Shown here: in pieces, positions 57,005-64,000 of the stretch
Layout of the letters: each line of letters starts with the position of its first letter
How positions within the stretch are numbered: the stretch's first letter is position 1
Translations under genes and position numbers: made by a program
Assembly: GCA_964590255.1 (NCBI GenBank)
Contig: CAZPYA010000009.1
Span: 791 to 64,790 of the forward strand
Reading direction: 5' to 3'
Length of the DNA: 64,000 nt
Origin: an uncultured bacterium
GTDB taxonomy: Bacteria; Armatimonadota; Hebobacteria; CAIYQO01
The notes under the pieces: model-generated
Databases searched by the model: none
Seen by the model: only the letters and a program-made list of their open reading frames with translations
Told to the model about the DNA's origin: nothing

Positions 57005-59701
57005 ATGTCCGGAACCCTGACACGCCAACTGGGGCTGTTTGCCCTCATCCTGCTCGCCATGCTGGGGGCGCGGGCGCAACTCTCCCTCGCCGACGCGGTG
57101 GCCGCTGCCGGCGCGAAATACACCACCGTCACGGTGTCGACGCCGCAGGAGGTGGCCGCCGACCTGGTGGTGCCGGTCAACGTGACGCTGAGCATCACCG
57201 GCGAGGGCCGGCTGGCCGTCGCGACCGGCAAGACGCTCACCATCCGCGGGCCGCTGCTGGCGCCCGTGGCGCCTATTTTCGCCAACGCCTTGCCCGGCCA
57301 GGGCGCCGTCAGCTTCGAGGGCAACAGCGCGCTGCAGGCGGTGTATCCGGAATGGTGGGGCGCCTCGCCCGCGGCGCAACCCGCCGTCAACACCCCGGCG
57401 CTGCAGGCGGCTATCTACGGCGCCTACGGCACCAACCGGAAAAACGGCTCGGAGGGCATGAAGTACAACCGCGTGCTGAAATTCTCCAGCATCTACGCCA
57501 TTGACGATGAGCTGAAGTGCTACCACATGAACGGCTTTCGCTGGGAAGGCCAGAGCAAAATCACCGCCGGCCTCTACCAGACTCGCGAGAACCGGCGCAT
57601 CATTGACGGGCAGTCGGTCTCCTTCGGCGTCTTTTCCAATCTCAACTTCGCCACCGGTGCCAAACAAGGCGACGGCATGGCGTTGCTGGACATCAACTAC
57701 GACGGCAGCCAGGGCAACGACCTGCGCCCGCAGAACATCACCTTCCAGGACTGCATGTTCAACGGCAACAACCTGGGGCTCATTGGCGTATGGCTGTGCC
57801 GCGCCGGCGGCGGCGCGCAAGGCGACAACATCCGCTTCTACAACTGCTACGCCAGCGGCTTCACCTTCGCTGCCGCGGTGCTGGGCGGCAACAACACCCC
57901 GCCGCTGACGAAATCCGGCTACGCCTACAACGCCATCTACGTGCAGTGGATCGGCGGCGACATTCAGGCGTGCCCGAAGTACGGCCTCGCGTCCTACGCC
58001 GGCAGTTGGATCGTCAAGCACATCACCATGGAGAACCAGTGCGTGGACGGCGTCGGCAGTCCCACCCAGACGGGCGCCGACTTCTACTTCGAGGCGCCGC
58101 AAAACTGGTGCATATTGGAGGACATCCGCAGCGAGTCGCTGCGCTTCGTGCAGGGCAGCGCTATCATCCGCAACTGCACCACCATCAGTTGGGCGCAGCC
58201 GTGGTACACCGCCAACGGCGGCTACTTCTTGCCCGGCCGCGCGAGCTATAAAAATCAGCTCATCACCGGTACTAGCGTCGCCGGCGACGGGAAGACCTAC
58301 CGCGTCACCGCCGCGCCGGCCGGGGCCGTCTTCGGCGGGCTGCCGCCGACGAAAGCGACTGCCACCGCCGCCGGCCCGCCGGCGACAGTCACCGTGCAGG
58401 GGGCGACCTGGACGCCCAACGCCTTCGCCGGCTACCGGATGACCATCCTCTCCGCCGCGCACGGCCAGCGCCAATACGGCATCATCGCCGGTAATACCGC
58501 CGACACCATCACGCTGAAGGAGATGAGTGACGGCGCGTACTATACCTCCGACTTCGTGCCGCATCTGCTCTATCCCGACTTCAAAATCGTCAATCCTTCC
58601 GGCGACGTCGAGTTCGTCGTGGAGCCGAACTGGGGGGTGCAGACACAGAGCACAGTGAACGGCCTCACCACCGAATGGCAGGAATTTCCGTATAACACGG
58701 TGGACGGCGCGCTGGGCGCGCGCTTCTCCGGCGTCATCGACGGCTTTTCCGCCCACGGGAAGGTACGCGCCGGCGCCAGCACCATCCGCGACCTGTGGGT
58801 GAGCCAGCAGGACTGGGCCAGCGAAGCGCATGGCGTTTCCTCCTCGCTGACCTCGGAGCGCTGGTCGGGCATCCACGTGCGCGGCGGCGGGGTGCCGTGG
58901 ACCTTCCCGGCAAACCAGGGGCCGATTACCTTTCCCTCTACCAGCGTGGAACAGAAGGGCAGCGACTGGATCGTGTGGAACCGCGCCGGCTACGGCGGCG
59001 CGCCGCGCTATCCCACCCTGGGCATCGGGCCCGGCGACGACGCTTACGGCGGCCCCGCGGCCGACGCCAACTACCAGATCAATAAAGACATCCTCGCCTT
59101 CTGGGGCAAGCTGGGCCGGCAGACGCCCAACGGGCTGGATAAGCCCGGCGCGCCCATGCAACTGATTGGCGGTCTCTCCACCGGGTCAGGCAAGCCCGGC
59201 GCCATCGAGTTCTGGTTCGGCCGCACCGGTGGACCCGGCGCGCAGGTGAACGGCCCGGCGACGCGTCACGCGACGCTCGACGCCGGCGGCCTGACGCTGG
59301 GGCCGGGCGCCGGCTCCCCGGCCATCGGCGCCGCGCCGACCCACGGCCAGAGCCTGCAGTTCCTCGCCGGCGAGGAGGTGGTCACCCTCGCCACCGCGCC
59401 CAGCACGAAAACGGCCATGCACCTGCCGCCCCACGCCGTGGTCTACGCCGTCAGCGTGCGCCTCCTCGCCGACATCCCCGGCGCGACGGCGCTCACCGTC
59501 GCCTGCGGCGACCGCACCGTCAGCACCGCGCCCATCCCCGCCAAAGCCGGCAGCACCGACCCCGGCACCGCCAACGCCCCCTTCACCCTGAGTGCCACGC
59601 CTACGCCCATCACCCTCACCCCCGACCGCCCCCCCACCGCCCCAACCGCCCGCGCGCGGGTGACGGTGCACTACTACCTGGTGACGCCGGCGGCGGAGTG
59701 A
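57005..59701 (+). CDS. secreted beta-helix / tailspike-like protein (898 aa)
   Basis: SD ACGGAGG lies upstream. Signal peptide LGLFALILLAMLGARAQ. VYPEWWGASPA...NTPALQAAIYGA is a Pectate_lyase_3-type opening. Many short G/N/T-rich beta-strand repeats. Confidence 0.8.
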   Translation: MSGTLTRQLGLFALILLAMLGARAQLSLADAVAAAGAKYTTVTVSTPQEVAADLVVPVNVTLSITGEGRLAVATGKTLTIRGPLLAPVAPIFANALPGQGAVSFEGNSALQAVYPEWWGASPAAQPAVNTPALQAAIYGAYGTNRKNGSEGMKYNRVLKFSSIYAIDDELKCYHMNGFRWEGQSKITAGLYQTRENRRIIDGQSVSFGVFSNLNFATGAKQGDGMALLDINYDGSQGNDLRPQNITFQDCMFNGNNLGLIGVWLCRAGGGAQGDNIRFYNCYASGFTFAAAVLGGNNTPPLTKSGYAYNAIYVQWIGGDIQACPKYGLASYAGSWIVKHITMENQCVDGVGSPTQTGADFYFEAPQNWCILEDIRSESLRFVQGSAIIRNCTTISWAQPWYTANGGYFLPGRASYKNQLITGTSVAGDGKTYRVTAAPAGAVFGGLPPTKATATAAGPPATVTVQGATWTPNAFAGYRMTILSAAHGQRQYGIIAGNTADTITLKEMSDGAYYTSDFVPHLLYPDFKIVNPSGDVEFVVEPNWGVQTQSTVNGLTTEWQEFPYNTVDGALGARFSGVIDGFSAHGKVRAGASTIRDLWVSQQDWASEAHGVSSSLTSERWSGIHVRGGGVPWTFPANQGPITFPSTSVEQKGSDWIVWNRAGYGGAPRYPTLGIGPGDDAYGGPAADANYQINKDILAFWGKLGRQTPNGLDKPGAPMQLIGGLSTGSGKPGAIEFWFGRTGGPGAQVNGPATRHATLDAGGLTLGPGAGSPAIGAAPTHGQSLQFLAGEEVVTLATAPSTKTAMHLPPHAVVYAVSVRLLADIPGATALTVACGDRTVSTAPIPAKAGSTDPGTANAPFTLSATPTPITLTPDRPPTAPTARARVTVHYYLVTPAAE

Positions 59702-59736
59702 GGCTGGGTAACACCGGCGGCTGCTGGAACTGCTCG

Positions 59737-60768
59737 TTACATGACGTGCAGCCCCAGCAGCGCAGTCTCATAACAGTCGCCGGGTGACTCAACCACGCGA
59801 AGCTGCATCGATAGGTTTGATGGCCCTTCCTCGATACTCCACAGGGTGATGTCGACCTCCCACTGTGTAGGGCCCGGGATGTCCAGCGGCTCCGCCAGGT
59901 CGATGAGTTCGCGCCAGCGGCTGCGCGGCGGCAGAGTGAAGGTGGCTGGATAATCGAGGTATTCCTCGATCACCAGCGCCCACTCCTCGTCCGTGCCGGG
60001 GAAATAGGGGCGCAAGCCGTCAGCATCCCGCGCCGCCACCAGCTCGAATAGCGGCATCACCGAGCGAATGAGCTTCTGCTGGTTGATCTGGCGCACCCGT
60101 GGCTGTCGGATGGCAAGGGCGGCAGCTTTCGTATAGACAGGGATCGGCTCAACCGTTCCACCGACGGGTAGCGCCGAAACGGGAGACCGACGCACGGAAT
60201 ACACCGCATCCCCCAGGTGATCCAAAAAGCATTCGGCGCCTGCCTGCTGAATCACCGAAATTTCCTCGGGGTAAATGGGATACGTTTGCCAGAGCTGTAG
60301 CTCGCGATCCGGCAGCTCGAAGCGCAGCTCCGGAGAGAACAGCCGCGGGGACGCCACCAGAAAAGCCGTCATGGCACTCGCTTCCTGCACCAAATCCGGA
60401 TGATTATAGTCGAAGCCCGTCAGGCGCCCCAGCGATGTCTCGAAATCAACAATCGACGGCAGCGGCGGCGTCGGTTGCTGCCCCCGTAGTACCCACGCCG
60501 CATCCGCCAGCATCACCGTCCAGTCGCGATCTGTCGAGTCTAAGCAAAGCACCAATTCCGGTCGCGCCTCCGCCCACTCCTTCCGTTTGGCAGAAGAGAG
60601 GCCATATGTAAAGACGGTCTCGAAATCTCGCGTTGGATAATACGTCGTCATAACCCGAATGATCGGACGATGGTATTCGGCAGTACCATAATATACCAGA
60701 CTATTCGACTGAAGCAGGTATTCAACCTGATTGTAAAACACCGTGAAGCTTGATATATGTAAATTCAT
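59737..60768 (-). CDS. candidate immunity protein (SUFU-like) of the RHS toxin cassette
   Basis: Starts 17 nt after the toxin-module stop. YYPTRDFETVFTYGLSSAKRKEWAEARPELVLCLDSTDRDWTVMLADAAW resembles the bacterial Suppressor-of-fused-like pattern (T.GLS...EL.l.l....W....L). GC is lower than the genome background. Confidence 0.6.
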   Translation of the reverse strand: MNLHISSFTVFYNQVEYLLQSNSLVYYGTAEYHRPIIRVMTTYYPTRDFETVFTYGLSSAKRKEWAEARPELVLCLDSTDRDWTVMLADAAWVLRGQQPTPPLPSIVDFETSLGRLTGFDYNHPDLVQEASAMTAFLVASPRLFSPELRFELPDRELQLWQTYPIYPEEISVIQQAGAECFLDHLGDAVYSVRRSPVSALPVGGTVEPIPVYTKAAALAIRQPRVRQINQQKLIRSVMPLFELVAARDADGLRPYFPGTDEEWALVIEEYLDYPATFTLPPRSRWRELIDLAEPLDIPGPTQWEVDITLWSIEEGPSNLSMQLRVVESPGDCYETALLGLHVM

Positions 60769-60785
60769 GCGTGCGCCTTTCGAGA

Positions 60786-61097
60786 TTACCTACGACGGTT
60801 TCTAGGAATGGGAAGAGGTGTATTATTACCTACACCAAGTCCATGAAAATATTTATCTGCTTCTTCGATAATTTTTCGTGCATCTTCTTTTGATATTCCG
60901 GCATCACGTAATGCTCGATAACCAATGACACGTTCAGCACCATATGTTCCTCCTCCTTTTCTCCGCTGCGCCGCAAAAGTTTTTATATGGTCGATGATCG
61001 TCAACTTAATTGTTGGAGACCCACCCCAGCGACTATAACCTTTCAATCCTTTCACTGCCGCATGTTGAATAACATGGTGGCGAACAATTTTTAAGTT
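60786..61097 (-). other. 103-codon toxin-tip module in the RHS frame, beyond an in-frame TAA (HNH/EndoVII-like xHH motif)
   Basis: Directly after TAA 61098-61100 the same frame reads NLKIVRHHVIQHAAVKGLKGYSRWGGSPTIKLTIIDHIKTFAAQRRKGGG...PIPRNRRR-TAA. The only internal start is GTG 61055, downstream of the RHH motif. Very AT-rich (61081-61140: 22/60 GC). Confidence 0.45.
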
Positions 61098-64000
61098 TTA
61101 AATTCCGGCAAGAAAACCACCAGCAACAGGAATTGCATAGCTGGTTCGCTTTAATGCATCCTTCTTATTCCCCCGTGCTAATGATATCCCTGCATTGAGA
61201 AGGTCGGCTGCATCACCAACACCCGGAATCAAGCCTGTGTTGTCTAAATTATCCTGCATCTCATCAAGCTTATCATCGGTAAACGGCGTCGTCGCCCCCA
61301 TGCTCCCATAGGCACTGCCCAGGCTGCCGTTGCCGTTGAAGAAGCGATCCAGGTCGGGATCATCGCCGCCGTTGGAGCACCACCCCATCGGATCCGCCGC
61401 GTCCACAGGGTTGTTGTCGCAGTAGCGGTAGAGGTTCAGGCCGCCGGCGTAGCCGATGGGGTCTTCGGTGAGGAAGCGGCCGGCGAATGGGTCATAGTAG
61501 CGGGTGGTGCAGAGGAGGAGGTCGGTTTCGCGGTCGGTGTAGTAGCCGAACTGCGCCTTGTAGCCCCACGGGTCGTCGAGGAGGTCGACCGGGTCGTCAT
61601 CGGCGTCGCGGCAGGCGAGGAGGGCGCCCCACACGTCGTAGAGGTCGTTGGCGAGCACCGCGCCCGTCTCATCGAGCCGCTGGGCGACGCTGCCCTGCGG
61701 GTCGAAGGTGTAGAAGCGGGTGGTCCAACCCTCCGCGGGGGCCGGCACCGATCGGGCATACAGCCCGCCGGCGCCGAAGGCGTTATAGGCCGTCACCTGC
61801 AGACCGGCCTGCGGGTCGAGCTGCAACTCGCACACCGGCTCGATGCCGTCATAGAGGAAGTAGGTGCGCTCGGCCGGCGCGGCGGTGGCCGGCCCCTTCC
61901 AGGCGCGCAGGTCATCGCCAGTGTAGCCGGCGCTCAGCGCGGTGCCGTATTGTCGCAGGTGGTTCGCCGCGTCGAAGACGCCGTCGACGCCGCGGTAGCG
62001 TGTCGGATTGCCCAGCGCATCATACGCAAAGCCGCTATAGTCCGGCACATGGTCGACGAGCTCGCCGATCCAGTGGTTGGCGGGGTCATACAGGCGCGGG
62101 TTGGCGCCGGTGCGGTGCTGCAGGATATTGCCAGCGAGATCGTAGCGGAAGTCGTGCGCATACCCCGTGCCGCCGCCGCGCGTGCTCACCTCCTGGAAGA
62201 GCTTATCGTCCGAATAGTACGTGTAGCCGGTGCCGCCGCTGAACCGCGCCGGCTGGTTCGGCACGGCGGCAGCCAATCCGGTGCGGTTGCCCGCGCCGTC
62301 ATAGCCGATGCCGGTATACTCGGTGCGCGTCACCGGTCCCGGCGCGGCGTTATGCAGGCTGGTCAGCCGCCCGGCGGCGTCGTGGCCATAGGTGGTGGTG
62401 ACCAGCGGCGTTTGCCCGTTCAACAGCGTCTGCGTCTGCAGCCAGCCGTTCGGCTGATACGCCCACTCGGCCGCATGGTTCAGCGGATCGAGCTGCCGCG
62501 TGGGTCGCCCGGCCTCGTCGTAGTAGTAGCTGACCAGGCCGGCGTTGGGGGTATTCGTCGCCGGTGTCTGCATCGCCGCTCGCAGACCATTCCGGTAATA
62601 GGCAAATCCGAGAGTGAGCGGCGCCAACCCGTCATGCGCCGTGGTGGCAAAGAGCACGTTGCCCAGCATGTCGTAGCTGTAACTCTTCGTACCCACGCCG
62701 TCCGTGGCCATGCTCGCCAGCGTGCCATCCGCATTGTAGCTGTAGGTGACAGACGGTGCCGTCATGCCACCCTGCACGGTGACGCCGGCAAGCTGGCCGG
62801 TGGCGGGGATATACGACAACTCCGTCACGATATCCGCGTCGTCGTTTTCCACCTCCTGCCGCGTCAGCCGCCCGGCGGCGTCATACGCGGTATAGCGCAC
62901 CGACCGATTATCCGGGTACTGTGTGGCCGCCATCCGGCCGAGCCCATCGTAGAAATACACCGTCGACGGCGCGTTCCAGTCGCCGTGCTGGATGGCGGTG
63001 ACCCGCCCGAGAAAGTCGTACGTCGTTGCCGCAAATTCCACGTTGCCGCTGCGGGTAATCAGCCGGCCTTCAGCATCGTACTGGTACGAGACCGCGCGTA
63101 CCGCGCCCGGCACCATGGCCTCGTTGTAGAGCGTGGTGCTGGTAACCGGCCCGCCGAGGTAGCGGTATTCGGTATCGACCCGGCTGCGCCCCGGTCCGGT
63201 CTGCCCGGTGGCGGGCAGCATCACGCTGGTCGTTTGCCCGGCGATGTTATACTCGTAGTCGGTCTGATGCCCCTCCTCGTCATACACCCGTCGCAGGAAC
63301 GGCGTGAGTTGCCCCTGGGCATTCGTGTAGCGCAGGTGCGTCGAGCGCTCCACGCCCCCGATGATCTGCGACACCTTCAACGGCTGCCCCGCTCGCGGCG
63401 CCTGCGGCCCCACCGGGTCCGCGGCAAAGGTGTCCTGCGTATAGTTGTAATTAACAGTGACGGTGGCATTCAGGTTGTTCGAGTCGTTGCCCGGCCCGGT
63501 CACCGACAGCAAGTTGCCGAAGACATCGTAGGTGAACGTCGTGGTCACGGTATCATACGGCGGGGTGGTTGTGCCCGGCGCCGGCCCGGTGATCGTCTGC
63601 AACAAACCATTCAGATAATATTCAAAGGTCACCGGCGGCTTCCCGGATTCCTGCACGCTGGTGCGCCGGCCAAACGGCGCATCTGCCGTCGGCGCGCTGT
63701 AGGAGGACGTGGTGGTGCCAAATGGGGTGGTGGTGGTCGCCACGTTCCCCAGCGCATCATACGTCACCGTGATGGTCTTCCCGTCCTTCCCCGACCAACT
63801 GTGCGCCTTGTTAGGGAAAGTCGTATCGTACGCGATCGACGTCGACACTCCTGCGGCATCAGTCGTGCCGGTCTCCCGCCCCTGCTCGTCGAAGCGCGTC
63901 GTCCACCGCGTCAGCAGGTTGCCGGCGGAGTCGGCCACGCGCACCTGCGTCGCGCCGTCCTGATACACGTATGATCGGGTGGTGCCCGTCAGATTCCGCT
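61098..64000 (-). CDS. RHS/YD-repeat polymorphic toxin protein (5' end outside window)
   Basis: The frame is open to the window edge. Dozens of YD repeats (YDALGN, YDAAGRLT, YDEAGRPT, YDGAGNRT...). Core-terminal motif RYYDPFAGRFLTEDPIGYAGGLNLYRYCDNNPVDAADPMGW. A 93-aa tail follows with LIPGVGDAADLLNAGISLARG...AIPVAGG (pre-toxin TG-like). Confidence 0.92.
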   Translation of the reverse strand, partial: RNLTGTTRSYVYQDGATQVRVADSAGNLLTRWTTRFDEQGRETGTTDAAGVSTSIAYDTTFPNKAHSWSGKDGKTITVTYDALGNVATTTTPFGTTTSSYSAPTADAPFGRRTSVQESGKPPVTFEYYLNGLLQTITGPAPGTTTPPYDTVTTTFTYDVFGNLLSVTGPGNDSNNLNATVTVNYNYTQDTFAADPVGPQAPRAGQPLKVSQIIGGVERSTHLRYTNAQGQLTPFLRRVYDEEGHQTDYEYNIAGQTTSVMLPATGQTGPGRSRVDTEYRYLGGPVTSTTLYNEAMVPGAVRAVSYQYDAEGRLITRSGNVEFAATTYDFLGRVTAIQHGDWNAPSTVYFYDGLGRMAATQYPDNRSVRYTAYDAAGRLTRQEVENDDADIVTELSYIPATGQLAGVTVQGGMTAPSVTYSYNADGTLASMATDGVGTKSYSYDMLGNVLFATTAHDGLAPLTLGFAYYRNGLRAAMQTPATNTPNAGLVSYYYDEAGRPTRQLDPLNHAAEWAYQPNGWLQTQTLLNGQTPLVTTTYGHDAAGRLTSLHNAAPGPVTRTEYTGIGYDGAGNRTGLAAAVPNQPARFSGGTGYTYYSDDKLFQEVSTRGGGTGYAHDFRYDLAGNILQHRTGANPRLYDPANHWIGELVDHVPDYSGFAYDALGNPTRYRGVDGVFDAANHLRQYGTALSAGYTGDDLRAWKGPATAAPAERTYFLYDGIEPVCELQLDPQAGLQVTAYNAFGAGGLYARSVPAPAEGWTTRFYTFDPQGSVAQRLDETGAVLANDLYDVWGALLACRDADDDPVDLLDDPWGYKAQFGYYTDRETDLLLCTTRYYDPFAGRFLTEDPIGYAGGLNLYRYCDNNPVDAADPMGWCSNGGDDPDLDRFFNGNGSLGSAYGSMGATTPFTDDKLDEMQDNLDNTGLIPGVGDAADLLNAGISLARGNKKDALKRTSYAIPVAGGFLAGI

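Noticed and set aside
20841-61100. Alternative genetic code (TAG or TAA reassigned) as an explanation for the in-frame stops in E2 and RHS
   Set aside because: TAA, TAG and TGA all terminate many well-delimited genes here: TAA for the TPR protein, queE, pdhB and lipA; TAG for pdhA, a DUF378 gene and GNAT-1; TGA for the response regulator and AI-2E transporter. Genome-wide recoding is therefore not supported.

Overview
High-GC bacterial chromosomal window: lines I counted by hand run about 65-70% GC, with a few clearly AT-richer islands. I support about 45 protein genes and one tRNA-Ala(GGC). I found no rRNA, CRISPR array, transposase or integrase.

Lineage hint (inference only): four prepilin-like DUF1559 / H-X9-DG proteins plus an orphan pilT suggest a Planctomycetota / Armatimonadota / Verrucomicrobiota-type genome.

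Housekeeping blocks:
- a pdhA-pdhB-E2-lipA cluster
- AI-2E transporter, RtcA, QueE, a sugar nucleotidyltransferase and a P-type ATPase

Accessory blocks:
- a five-gene operon of giant secreted or uncharacterised proteins, including beta-helix 'tailspike-like' proteins
- an RHS polymorphic-toxin locus at the right edge
- a Phd/ParE-like TA pair
- three tandem DUF1559 paralogs

Most unusual observations:
1. The RHS toxin tip is separated from the RHS core by an in-frame TAA. It is followed by a SUFU-like immunity candidate, all inside an AT-rich cassette.
2. The PDH E2 gene is split in frame into a lipoyl-domain ORF and a catalytic-domain ORF by a GC-rich palindromic repeat. No E3-binding domain is visible.
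3. At least five families of structured intergenic repeats occur. One shows compensatory stem changes between copies, making it a candidate ncRNA or REP-type element.
4. A 24-nt exact duplication of the pdhB start creates a translationally coupled 21-codon uORF.
5. An XRE-HTH/TPR, lipoprotein and orphan QueE operon is linked by 4-nt start/stop overlaps.

Caveats: the ORF track prints GTG/TTG starts as M, so I re-picked several starts using SD sequences and signal peptides. Many long track ORFs are antisense or off-frame shadows of real genes, a GC3 artefact. All family assignments come from reading motifs by eye; no HMM or BLAST search was run.
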